The position numbers were made by a program, and so were the translations under genes. Shown here piece after piece: positions 1 to 7,694 of a stretch of 31,388 nucleotides of DNA; the first letter of the stretch is position 1, and each line of letters opens with the position of its first letter. The DNA comes from a virus (lineage: Duplodnaviria; Caudoviricetes), in IMG/VR virus record IMGVR_UViG_3300032335_000855, positions 1 through 31,388 of that record; one strand, 5' to 3'. The notes below the pieces were generated by a model that worked only from the letters and a program-made list of their open reading frames with translations, was not told the origin of the DNA and did not search any database.

Positions 1-74
1 CCGATCTGTGTTCTTCGTGGTGTTTCTGTAGGAATTGACCCACTCCGGGTTGATGCCGGCGGGGGATAGGGGGA

Positions 75-398
75 TTAGTTGATTGGTTTGTTACCGCGTT
101 GGCCGTTGCATGACCGGTGTGCGGCTTTCAGCTCGCTGGTGGCGCTGCCAGGCTCGATGTGATCGGCCTCGAACGGGTCATTGAATCTTGGGCCGTCACC
201 GCATAGATGGCAGACGGTTGCCATTGCTCTTACTTGAGCGGCGCGTTTGCGGTAGTCGCCTGAGTATTGACCGGTTTGTTTTTTGATGAGATCGCGTTTG
301 ATGTTGTGAAGTTTGTCTTCGATGGCTTGATGGTAGTCACAAAGATTACCTAGTGAGAGTTGGCCACAAACCCTGCATGGTTTAGGGAATCGGCCCAT
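75..398 (-). CDS. HNH endonuclease, probably packaging-associated (HK97 gp74-like)
   Basis: CHLC...ADHIEP...AHRSCNGQRG HNH motif; last gene before terS if the genome is circularised. Confidence 0.85.
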   Translation of the reverse strand: MGRFPKPCRVCGQLSLGNLCDYHQAIEDKLHNIKRDLIKKQTGQYSGDYRKRAAQVRAMATVCHLCGDGPRFNDPFEADHIEPGSATSELKAAHRSCNGQRGNKPIN

Positions 399-583
399 CA
401 GCCCTTGCCCTTATCGGTGGTATAGAAACCTTTACCTTTGAAAGTTATTGCGACACCGCCCAACACCTGGTGCATGGGGGATAGACATTCAGGGCATGCG
501 ACTACGGCCGGCTCATCCTCATGGATCGAGCGCACAGTCTGCATAGTGTGACCATTACTGCAGCGATACTCATACAACGGCAT
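398..583 (-). CDS. FmdB-family zinc-ribbon protein
   Basis: MPLYEYRC..GH...CPEC...FKGKGFYTTD signature. Confidence 0.85.
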   Translation of the reverse strand: MPLYEYRCSNGHTMQTVRSIHEDEPAVVACPECLSPMHQVLGGVAITFKGKGFYTTDKGKG

Positions 584-585
584 GG

Positions 586-702
586 TTACTTGGATACTCG
601 CTTAGCAAACTCTTTGATTGCTACAGCCTCACGCTCAGCACCTAGTTTCATCAGCTCGATGTAATAAGCGTTTAGCGCCTCGAGTAGTTGTTTAGCATCC
701 AT
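586..702 (-). CDS. small hypothetical protein (38 aa, MDAKQLLEALNAYY...)
   Basis: Hand-translated; fills the gap between neighbours, purine-rich AAAGAAAGAAAAG upstream. Confidence 0.6.
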   Translation of the reverse strand: MDAKQLLEALNAYYIELMKLGAEREAVAIKEFAKRVSK

Positions 703-719
703 TCTTTTCTTTCTTTGGC

Positions 720-1118
720 CTAGCCTCTACCTACTCGGCAAATTCTGCACTCACAGTTGAGGCCATCGCGTTTCTTACGATCGATACCAAAAGCCTCTAA
801 CGGTTTCGGCTGGTTACAGCGTGAGCATTCTTTAGTAACGGCATCCGTTATTACGCTCTCGATGTGATCCAGGTTGATGCAGTCCGAGTATCCACAGAGT
901 CTAATACCGGGCCGGTACAACTCGCCCAGCCTAGTGAGTGGCCGGTTATCGTCATCCAGCTCTAACTGGTGCGGCTCACAAATACCGTAATCGGTTGTGA
1001 GTCTAGTTTGCTTACCAGCCCGACACTCTTTACAGCCCCACATGTCGCGGCCACGCTTAGCCCTCTGTTGCGCCGTATCATCTTTCATTGCGCAACCGCA
1101 CCGCGCACACTCAGCCAT
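720..1118 (-). CDS. Cys-rich zinc-binding protein, paralogue of 6173..6442
   Basis: Several CxxC pairs plus RLCGYSDCINLDHI segment. Confidence 0.7.
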   Translation of the reverse strand: MAECARCGCAMKDDTAQQRAKRGRDMWGCKECRAGKQTRLTTDYGICEPHQLELDDDNRPLTRLGELYRPGIRLCGYSDCINLDHIESVITDAVTKECSRCNQPKPLEAFGIDRKKRDGLNCECRICRVGRG

Positions 1119-1635
1119 TTACTCTCACGAATCTCATCTTTGTATTTTTTACGCTGGCCGAATCTAAGTCAAGTATGGATGTTGTTTGACCGCGCTTGAA
1201 CCCTGCATGGATTACTTGGCCGTTGCCAATGTAGATGCTGGCGTGAAAGAAAGTGTTAGTGCCTTTGTAACCGAATAGCACCAGGTCGCCAATCGCCGGC
1301 GATGAAACCTTTACACCTGAGCGCGCTTGCTTATTCGCTGAGTGAGGCAACTCAACACCGATCTGCTCATAAGCCCAACGCGTTAGGCCCGAGCAATCCC
1401 AGCCTCGAGGTGTCGAACCGCTAAACACATACCAGGTTTTGCCGATGCGTTTCTTGAGCTGCTTGACTACCTTAGCCATGCGAAACTCTTGAGCATCTTG
1501 CATAACGATGGTCATGAAATCAGGGTTTGTTTTTACGATGGCCTGTGGCGCTGGTGTCTGCGCGGCCGTTGCCGATGATGTGCATCCGGCGAGAATAGCC
1601 CCCAAAGTTGTGAGAGCGATTAGTTGTTTCTTCAT
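1111..1635 (-). CDS. NlpC/P60 (C40) cell-wall peptidase, predicted lipoprotein
   Basis: Signal peptide with LAG|C lipobox; WDCSGLT catalytic Cys, GDLVLF, HASIY..G..IHA. Confidence 0.9.
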   Translation of the reverse strand: MKKQLIALTTLGAILAGCTSSATAAQTPAPQAIVKTNPDFMTIVMQDAQEFRMAKVVKQLKKRIGKTWYVFSGSTPRGWDCSGLTRWAYEQIGVELPHSANKQARSGVKVSSPAIGDLVLFGYKGTNTFFHASIYIGNGQVIHAGFKRGQTTSILDLDSASVKNTKMRFVRVNG

Positions 1636-1695
1636 TTAGCCACTTACCTTTCTTGAGGTTAGTTGGGTGGTTTATTGTCGAACGATATTCAGTTT

Positions 1696-1777
1696 TAGTG
1701 GATCATCAGGGAATCGAACCCTGCTCTGACGGATGCGCCTGAGCGCCTTGACCGGCATCGAAACCAGATTATGACCC
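1696..1777 (-). ncRNA. minimal tmRNA-like RNA (tRNA-like domain only)
   Basis: GGGUCAU/AUGAUCC acceptor stem with G3.U70, discriminator A, stemless D-loop AAUCUGGUUUCGA, T-arm CAGGG-UUCGAUU-CCCUG, no anticodon loop or tag ORF. Confidence 0.75.
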
Positions 1778-2946
1778 TAGAGCTTGAGAACCGCACCTTG
1801 ATAGGGAATGCCTTTAGACAATTCTAGGCATGTGATGCCCGGTGCTGAATCCTCGCCCGAGATGCGCCTGAACCAGCCTGAACCGTTGTCGCTGGTCGAA
1901 GTCTGCACCCAGTAGCGTGAACCGCCGTTGTGACTTGCACCAGCCTCGATAACTCTGAGATGGTGAAAATGTGCGGTGAGTAGCAACGATGCCGATGCGA
2001 TCGTTTGATTGCCGAAAGTGTTTTGCCGCCACCAGGTAAGAGCATTCTCGGGCCTCGAGTACTGATGCCCATGAGCAATGCCAACCAGGTGATAGCCATC
2101 ACCGAAAGCATCAAACACTAGCGATTCTTCATCAGGGTTTGGAATCAAGAAAGTGATCGGCAACCCAACCTCTACGGCTAGGCGGCGCACCTGCTGCAGA
2201 ATCACAATGCCCCAGTCATCCAAGCCAGGCTTACCGATCTGCTGGCGATTCACGCGCCATTGGCAATGATTCGAGCCGATGCTGGCATAAGTCACCGGCG
2301 CATACTTTGTGGCCATCTTGAGAAAATCCCAGATAAGAGCTGCAGCCAAATCAACCTGCTGCATAACGCTCAGGTCATTGCCCTGCAACTGATTCATGCT
2401 GCTCGCGTTATCGATGCCCTCGATTATGTCGCCCAAGTCCAGCGCGTAGATGTGCTGATACTTACCGGCTTTTAGTTGAGCCTCGATGCGATCGTAAGAT
2501 TCCAGGATGCGCTGCACCAGGCTTTCGGTGTTGCCACGATGATCTACTTTGCCCACCTGAAAATCTGCCAGGCAGACAACAAATACTTTGTCCGACTGAG
2601 TTTGCTTAGTTGCTGGCTTTCTTGTTTTCTTTGCGTTGGCATACAGCGTTGGCAGATCAGGCACAGACCCGATGCGCTTGCGAAAGTGGAAACGCCACGA
2701 AGATAACCATTGAGGCTCAAGCGGAAACGGTCGCGCCACCTGCCAGCGGCTAGTGCGAGGCGTGCCAACAATCTCATACTCATCAGGTGAAAAGCCTTGC
2801 TCTTTTAGAAACTCATCAAAGTTAGGCAGCTCATCATCGGGGATGGCTGGCAGCGTTGCCGTACCGTTAGTGCCATCAAACTCGAGGGCCGGTCGCCAAT
2901 CTTTCGGCGCATCAATCTTCGGTGCTGGCTGCAGATCATCAAGCAT
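1777..2946 (-). CDS. calcineurin-like metallophosphoesterase (Mre11/SbcD-like fold)
   Basis: ADFQVG, GDIIEG, SNH, HGH, AHFHH metal-binding motifs. Confidence 0.8.
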   Translation of the reverse strand: MLDDLQPAPKIDAPKDWRPALEFDGTNGTATLPAIPDDELPNFDEFLKEQGFSPDEYEIVGTPRTSRWQVARPFPLEPQWLSSWRFHFRKRIGSVPDLPTLYANAKKTRKPATKQTQSDKVFVVCLADFQVGKVDHRGNTESLVQRILESYDRIEAQLKAGKYQHIYALDLGDIIEGIDNASSMNQLQGNDLSVMQQVDLAAALIWDFLKMATKYAPVTYASIGSNHCQWRVNRQQIGKPGLDDWGIVILQQVRRLAVEVGLPITFLIPNPDEESLVFDAFGDGYHLVGIAHGHQYSRPENALTWWRQNTFGNQTIASASLLLTAHFHHLRVIEAGASHNGGSRYWVQTSTSDNGSGWFRRISGEDSAPGITCLELSKGIPYQGAVLKL

Positions 2947-3176
2947 TAGTTAATCTTCCCACATGAGCATGACCCTTTACGGTGTTGCGCAATCGCACCA
3001 TCCGAAAGAACCAAGCCACGCTGCTTTAGCGCATTGCTTAGAGTGCGAGCCGGCCACAAATCGAAAGACTGAATGGCAACCTCGAAAATCTTTTTATCTT
3101 TGGCATCCAGCGTTTCCAACACCGAGCGAACCCGGCAACTGAAAACTCTCTTAGGTGGCTCTAGTCCATCAAGCAT
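2946..3176 (-). CDS. hypothetical protein, possible zinc-bound HTH-like DNA binder
   Basis: 76 aa ORF coupled to phosphoesterase; C...H..G.CSC. Confidence 0.65.
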   Translation of the reverse strand: MLDGLEPPKRVFSCRVRSVLETLDAKDKKIFEVAIQSFDLWPARTLSNALKQRGLVLSDGAIAQHRKGSCSCGKIN

Positions 3177-3178
3177 CG

Positions 3179-3385
3179 TTACCCTTTCAACGGCTCTAAG
3201 TCTGCCAGAGTTTTCGATAGAACCACAACCGTTGGCATCGGGTGAGTTTGGCGCGACTCATGCTTGAGAACCTGAGCCAAATCCTGCCGAATGGCCTCAA
3301 AGTCATCAGACCACACCAGGTTGTTATCTTTTACCAGCTCATAGGCTCGAGTGACCATCTCACGATCTGAGCGAATCCAGGTCAT
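3179..3385 (-). CDS. hypothetical protein
   Basis: Fits the tightly packed operon. Confidence 0.65.
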   Translation of the reverse strand: MTWIRSDREMVTRAYELVKDNNLVWSDDFEAIRQDLAQVLKHESRQTHPMPTVVVLSKTLADLEPLKG

Positions 3386-3465
3386 TCTTCATCCCTTTGC
3401 CTCATGTAAGCCACAATGAAAGTGCATACCGCTATCAGCGCCAAACCCCATAGAAATACATCCAT
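3382..3465 (-). CDS. small membrane peptide (27 aa, MDVFLWGLALIAVCTFIVAYMRQRDEE)
   Basis: Hand-translated; start/stop overlaps on both sides; one hydrophobic helix. Confidence 0.55.
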   Translation of the reverse strand: MDVFLWGLALIAVCTFIVAYMRQRDEE

Positions 3466-3860
3466 CAGTTATCGCCACCCTTGAGCAGACCCATAACGGC
3501 GCTCTCGATCGCGGCATGGGCATGACCGCCCTCAGCATCATGGGCTGGCGCGATGCTATCAAAATAGGCTTTCACCGCATCGTAAAGTTTCTCGCGCTCA
3601 ATCTGTGCAGCTCTAACTTTGTAATCCTCGAGCAACGCCGGCGACATGGTGAGTTGCCGGTAATCCATGCCCTCATCAATCATCCGGTAAATGTCCACCC
3701 AATCCCAGCGCAGATTCAAATCCCAATCTCTCAAGATGGCGATGATGCGTTTGCGCTCATAGTCGCGGCCCTTGAAGAAACCCTGAGTGTAATCGTTATG
3801 ATTCTTTTGCGGTTGAAACCACGCTGGATCAACATCCCTGCTCATGCCAGGCTCAAGCAT
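3465..3860 (-). CDS. hypothetical protein with ERxRII motif
   Basis: ORF track 3465..3935; start moved to ATG 3860 overlapping the upstream stop. Confidence 0.65.
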   Translation of the reverse strand: MLEPGMSRDVDPAWFQPQKNHNDYTQGFFKGRDYERKRIIAILRDWDLNLRWDWVDIYRMIDEGMDYRQLTMSPALLEDYKVRAAQIEREKLYDAVKAYFDSIAPAHDAEGGHAHAAIESAVMGLLKGGDN

Positions 3861-3957
3861 TCCCAAACCCTTTACGGCGTGAACGGCGCAGACGGCGGCG
3901 AACGGCCGCTTTCCTACGATGCGTTGGCCAAGCAATGAAGTTGCTACTCATACCCAT
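3853..3957 (-). CDS. Arg-rich 34-aa peptide
   Basis: MGMSSNFIAWPTHRRKAAVRRRLRRSRRKGFGNA behind AAGGAG RBS. Confidence 0.55.
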   Translation of the reverse strand: MGMSSNFIAWPTHRRKAAVRRRLRRSRRKGFGNA

Positions 3958-3961
3958 TTTG

Positions 3962-4240
3962 TTACTCCTTTGTTTTCTCTAAAGCGTTGATGGCCGAAAA
4001 GTAAGCCAGCGCATCATTAGGGTTAGTTGTATTGAATAAAATTGTGATGTTTAGTGAGTTGCACGCATAACATGGCACATCCTCAAAGCATGAATCGGTC
4101 AAAACCTCAGCCACGCCATTGATAAGCATTGGCAGCATCGTCATCGATCTGACGCTGCCACAATCCAGGCATCTGTAAGCACCATGCCGAGTACCCTCGA
4201 GATTGCGCCAAAACGCTTTCTCTTTCTCATCCATTGGCAT
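3962..4240 (-). CDS. hypothetical zinc-ribbon protein
   Basis: CLDC...CYAC; start trimmed to remove long overlap. Confidence 0.6.
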   Translation of the reverse strand: MPMDEKEKAFWRNLEGTRHGAYRCLDCGSVRSMTMLPMLINGVAEVLTDSCFEDVPCYACNSLNITILFNTTNPNDALAYFSAINALEKTKE

Positions 4241-4475
4241 TTGATTCCAATCGGTCGATGAGCTGCAGTAAGTCGGTGCATTTGCCACCATGATGAGCGC
4301 AGCGCCCAACCACTTCAGGATGCGCCTCGCGCACGCTAGTTGGCAACGCCGCGTGATCTGCCAGCGCATCAAAACATACCCGGCGCTTTATCAGCTCAAT
4401 GATGCGGTCGCGCTCTCGCGCCTCACCCTGCCGGCGATAATTCTCGCGCACCGGCTCACCATGCGGATCAATCAT
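4227..4475 (-). CDS. hypothetical protein with ERxRII motif
   Basis: MIDPHGEP start at 4475 after AAGGGTGAGGAG; QGEARERDRIIELI. Confidence 0.65.
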   Translation of the reverse strand: MIDPHGEPVRENYRRQGEARERDRIIELIKRRVCFDALADHAALPTSVREAHPEVVGRCAHHGGKCTDLLQLIDRLESNANG

Positions 4476-4701
4476 CCACAAACTCCTCACCCTTGATAAG
4501 CGCAATACATTGAGCAACCACGCGCCCACGCGCCGTAGACCGCTTAGCATTACACTCGCGGCGAAACATGTCCAACTGGCGCACAATGCGAGTTTCAGTC
4601 ACAACCGCAACCCGATCAAGCTCTTGAGCGTAATTCATCTTGCCAGCCTCAATACCCAAAAGGTAAGCCTGGCGCACATCAGGTTTCGTTAGGTCAATCA
4701 C
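4468..4701 (-). CDS. hypothetical protein
   Basis: Overlapping start/stop with neighbours. Confidence 0.65.
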   Translation of the reverse strand: MIDLTKPDVRQAYLLGIEAGKMNYAQELDRVAVVTETRIVRQLDMFRRECNAKRSTARGRVVAQCIALIKGEEFVDD

Positions 4702-4889
4702 TTCAAACCACCGCGCAAACGCTCAATGATTAGATCGAGTCCAGGTTTAGCCGGGTGCAACTGCATCGACTCAAGAAACTTGATAATGCGCTGCTCGCAC
4801 TCCAACTGGCCCATCTCATAGGCGGTGTTAGATGCCTCGCGAACAGCCAGCGACACTTGCTCATAAGTAAAAGTAGTTTCAGTAGCCAT
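4698..4889 (-). CDS. hypothetical protein with EQRII motif
   Basis: AYEMGQLECEQRIIKFLE; coupled to neighbours. Confidence 0.65.
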   Translation of the reverse strand: MATETTFTYEQVSLAVREASNTAYEMGQLECEQRIIKFLESMQLHPAKPGLDLIIERLRGGLK

Positions 4890-5071
4890 CAGCGGTTTCT
4901 CTTAGCTCTCGATGATCGCATTGAGTGAATCTGAGCTGCAAAAAGAAATACGCCAATACCGATTAGGCCAATCGCGCCAACTACCGGCGCAAATCCGTTA
5001 TCGCCCAACCAAAGAGCCAGACCCATAACAACGGTCATGCCCACAACAATAAGTACATCTGTAAGTTTCAT
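4889..5071 (-). CDS. small two-TM membrane protein
   Basis: Two hydrophobic stretches, basic tail, AGAAAGATAGG leader. Confidence 0.7.
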   Translation of the reverse strand: MKLTDVLIVVGMTVVMGLALWLGDNGFAPVVGAIGLIGIGVFLFAAQIHSMRSSRAKRNR

Positions 5072-5122
5072 GATTCCTATCTTTCTGCCGGCCCTATACC
5101 GACAATCCCCAGATTATGCCTG

Positions 5123-5149
5123 AAACGGCATCGAGTCAAACATTTACAC
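5123..5149 (-). promoter_or_regulatory. putative promoter of the accessory operon
   Basis: TTGACT-N15-CATAAT (short spacer) in an intergenic gap. Confidence 0.4.
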
Positions 5150-5177
5150 GCCCGAAAATCAGGCCGTTATCTAACCG

Positions 5178-5627
5178 TTACAAACGCCACAATTCGATGG
5201 TTGCGCCTGGCTCGGGCTTAGTTGTCGGGCCACACCAGACCTTTTCAGCCTGAATCTTCACAATCAGGGCATCATCGGCAATCAGGCCACCAATCGTGAG
5301 AGCATCGCCCACCGCGCGAATGTAATGATCCAGGTCGGGTTTGCCACCTGGATAAACTTTCCACTTTGGCTGCTTAGGTCGCTCGAGAAAGAAAGTCATC
5401 CGCACCTTGACCGGCTCAACAAACTTCGACACATCCTCAGTATCGGCAAACAGTTTCTTGACCGCCAGAATAATGTCTGCGCGCCACGCTGGTAGATGCT
5501 TGCTCGCCTCAACCATTACAGCTCGCTTACCAATCACAAAAGCGTTTTTAGACCCTTGCGGTGCTGGTCGGCCATCCACAAACAACAACGCATGTGAACG
5601 GCCCGACTCAACAACCTCAACCATCAT
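5178..5627 (-). CDS. rusA: RusA-like Holliday junction resolvase
   Basis: PAPQGSK, KPDLDHY..AVGDAL....DDALIV acidic motifs. Confidence 0.85.
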   Translation of the reverse strand: MMVEVVESGRSHALLFVDGRPAPQGSKNAFVIGKRAVMVEASKHLPAWRADIILAVKKLFADTEDVSKFVEPVKVRMTFFLERPKQPKWKVYPGGKPDLDHYIRAVGDALTIGGLIADDALIVKIQAEKVWCGPTTKPEPGATIELWRL

Positions 5628-5785
5628 CGAGCCTTAGCCAGAAAACCTGCAGCGGTGAAAATGTTTAGCGCCAACAACAAAAACGCCAAGAACCTCACCG
5701 GGATAGGCAACGCCTCGTTATCGACCGACAACCACATGAAAATCGCGTTGGCGATGAAGAACAGTAAAACAGTTATCTTGACCAT
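5624..5785 (-). CDS. small membrane protein (53 aa, MVKITVLLFFIANAIF...)
   Basis: Hand-translated; two hydrophobic helices; overlaps both neighbours' start/stop. Confidence 0.6.
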   Translation of the reverse strand: MVKITVLLFFIANAIFMWLSVDNEALPIPVRFLAFLLLALNIFTAAGFLAKAR

Positions 5786-6141
5786 TAGAACGGTGTCGCG
5801 CCAAAGCCAGAGAGTAGATCAGCGCCGTTAGTTGCGCTAGGGTTGCCGGCTTTCGCTAGTCGCTCAGCGGTTGCTTTAGTGACCCAGAAAGAAACCTGAG
5901 TTTCGCCAGCATCGTTTTTCCACTTGCTAATCTTCAGCTCGCCGGTGATCTTGTAAAGATTATCTTTCACCAGGCCCAAGTCATCGAGCGCAACATTGAA
6001 GTAATGCTTTTCGATGGTTTCCCATTCGCCGGCATCATTCTTGCGATTCACCGGTACAGGAATGACCACATACTGCCCGGCCTTTGATTCTTTGACCTCG
6101 CCAGCGTAGCCCGTAATTGTTACTAATAGATTTTTAGCCAT
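5785..6141 (-). CDS. ssb: single-stranded DNA-binding protein
   Basis: OB-fold pattern (ITG...GEWET...ITGELKISKW), C-terminal PF. Confidence 0.8.
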   Translation of the reverse strand: MAKNLLVTITGYAGEVKESKAGQYVVIPVPVNRKNDAGEWETIEKHYFNVALDDLGLVKDNLYKITGELKISKWKNDAGETQVSFWVTKATAERLAKAGNPSATNGADLLSGFGATPF

Positions 6142-6169
6142 GATTCACCTTTTCGTTAGAGATTCTCTG

Positions 6170-6192
6170 ATTCTATTTATTGCCACCGACAA
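6170..6192 (-). promoter_or_regulatory. RecA-NDp/PafBC-type promoter upstream of ssb
   Basis: TTGTCGG-TGGCAATAAA-TAGAAT fits TGTCGG-N10-TANNNT. Confidence 0.7.
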
Positions 6193-6442
6193 TGTGAGCC
6201 TGAGCAACACAGTCGGAATGATTACAAATACGATCACCAGGCATGAAAAGAACGCCATCAACAATGGGCCGATCAAAGCGGTCAAATTTGCCATGAAACG
6301 GTACACAAATCTCGCCATTGTATTTCACCATCTTTGCTGGTTTAGCCCGGCAACTGGCACAGTATTGAGCCAGGTGTTTCTTCTTAGGCACAACAACCCA
6401 AATAAAGCCGCACTTGCGGCATTGCACTTGGTTTTCTTCCAT
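6173..6442 (-). CDS. Cys-rich zinc-binding protein, paralogue of 720..1118
   Basis: CRKC..CASC..RICNHSDCVAQAHI; start trimmed to MEENQ. Confidence 0.65.
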   Translation of the reverse strand: MEENQVQCRKCGFIWVVVPKKKHLAQYCASCRAKPAKMVKYNGEICVPFHGKFDRFDRPIVDGVLFMPGDRICNHSDCVAQAHIVGGNK

Positions 6443-6452
6443 CGGCCCAACA

Positions 6453-7694
6453 TTATCGGCTTTCTGTGACTCTCGCAAACAACCCATCGAACCTGAGCGC
6501 CAGATACCCAGTCTTGCCATGCCTATTTTTGGCGATGTGGAACACCATCTTGCTTTTCTCATCCTTGCCATCCTTGTCGGATTGCTCACGATTTAGCAGA
6601 ATCACAACATCGGCATCCTGCTCGATAGCGCCAGAGTCGCGCAAATCGCTCAAGCCTGGCGATGTATCTTTTCGGCCCTCGATCTGCCGGTTGAGCTGCG
6701 CCAATGCGATTACAGGCACATCAAGATCGCGAGCCATAATCTTCAGGCCGTTAGAGATGGCCGTAACCGATTCATAACGGCTGCGACCGCGCTCAGTATC
6801 CTGCATGAGCTGCAGATAGTCCACAACGATAGCGACCAGCTTTTGCTTGCGCCCAACCTGCCTGGCAAACGCCCTAACCTCTGAGAGTGTCTGACCCGAC
6901 TTATCTGCGATGGCGATAGGCCGACCAACCTTTTCACGATTCGACCGAATTCTTTCCCAATCCACATCGGTGAGCTTGCGATTCTCGAGGTGATCCATGC
7001 TCACATTGCACACGCTGGCAAACAAACGATTCATGATCTCGCGCTTGCTCATCTCAAGCGAATGGAAACTAACCGCGCCATGCTTAGCCAACCCAAAAGC
7101 CATGTTTACGGCAACAACAGACTTGCCCACCGCTGGCCTCGCGCCAATGATGTACAGCGCACCAGGCCTAAAACCGCCAATGAAACTATTGAGCAGCGCC
7201 CAATCAGATGCAAAATAATCAGGCTCACTATCCAAGTGTTTGACCGATGGCAACACGAGGTCGCTCACAAACTCGACCTCAGACCGCAACCTGCCAACAG
7301 TCACCTGCTCGATACGATCGCCGGCTTTATCAAGAGCCAAATCAACATCGGAATCGACCGCGTTACCGGCAGACTGTAGCTCATGGCCCACCTGCACCAG
7401 CGCCCAGCGCGCATTGCGGTCATGAATCAGTTGCTCATAAAATGTTGCATTACGCCAAGTCGGTGTTTCTGCAGTAGCCTCATGCAAATAAGCGGTTTGC
7501 TCGGGAATCTTCGACCCAACCGTTACGGTATCGATGCCCTCACCATTGCGGCGCATCTGCACCATAATGGCAAAAATCTTTTGATTGCGCTCATTAGTGA
7601 AGTCGCTCGAGATCAGATTGCAATCATCCAGGTAAGCGCCCTCACTCAAAAGAATTGAGCCGATAAGAATTTTCTCAGCGTTGGCCTCATACAT
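6453..7694 (-). CDS. dnaB: DnaB-like replicative helicase
   Basis: GARPAVGKS Walker A, SLEM, VVDYLQL, AQLNR, DLRDSGAIEQDAD, KNRHG. Confidence 0.95.
   Translation of the reverse strand: MYEANAEKILIGSILLSEGAYLDDCNLISSDFTNERNQKIFAIMVQMRRNGEGIDTVTVGSKIPEQTAYLHEATAETPTWRNATFYEQLIHDRNARWALVQVGHELQSAGNAVDSDVDLALDKAGDRIEQVTVGRLRSEVEFVSDLVLPSVKHLDSEPDYFASDWALLNSFIGGFRPGALYIIGARPAVGKSVVAVNMAFGLAKHGAVSFHSLEMSKREIMNRLFASVCNVSMDHLENRKLTDVDWERIRSNREKVGRPIAIADKSGQTLSEVRAFARQVGRKQKLVAIVVDYLQLMQDTERGRSRYESVTAISNGLKIMARDLDVPVIALAQLNRQIEGRKDTSPGLSDLRDSGAIEQDADVVILLNREQSDKDGKDEKSKMVFHIAKNRHGKTGYLALRFDGLFARVTESR

Noticed and set aside
1-7. CCGATCT as part of a cos site
   Set aside because: Matches the end of the Illumina adapter (…CTTCCGATCT); possibly an assembly remnant, so termini cannot be called.
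1630-1695. Detached tmRNA tag ORF downstream of the TLD (GUAAGUGGCUAAA resembles a resume context)
   Set aside because: It is the NlpC/P60 RBS spacer; no Ala-ending tag or pseudoknots are visible.
1696-1725. attP fragment for integration into ssrA
   Set aside because: Both 5' and 3' halves are present and pair with each other, and no integrase was found.
1696-1777. Canonical tRNA or tRNA-Sec (UCA in a loop)
   Set aside because: No D-stem and no 7-nt anticodon loop; UCAG is a 4-nt loop.
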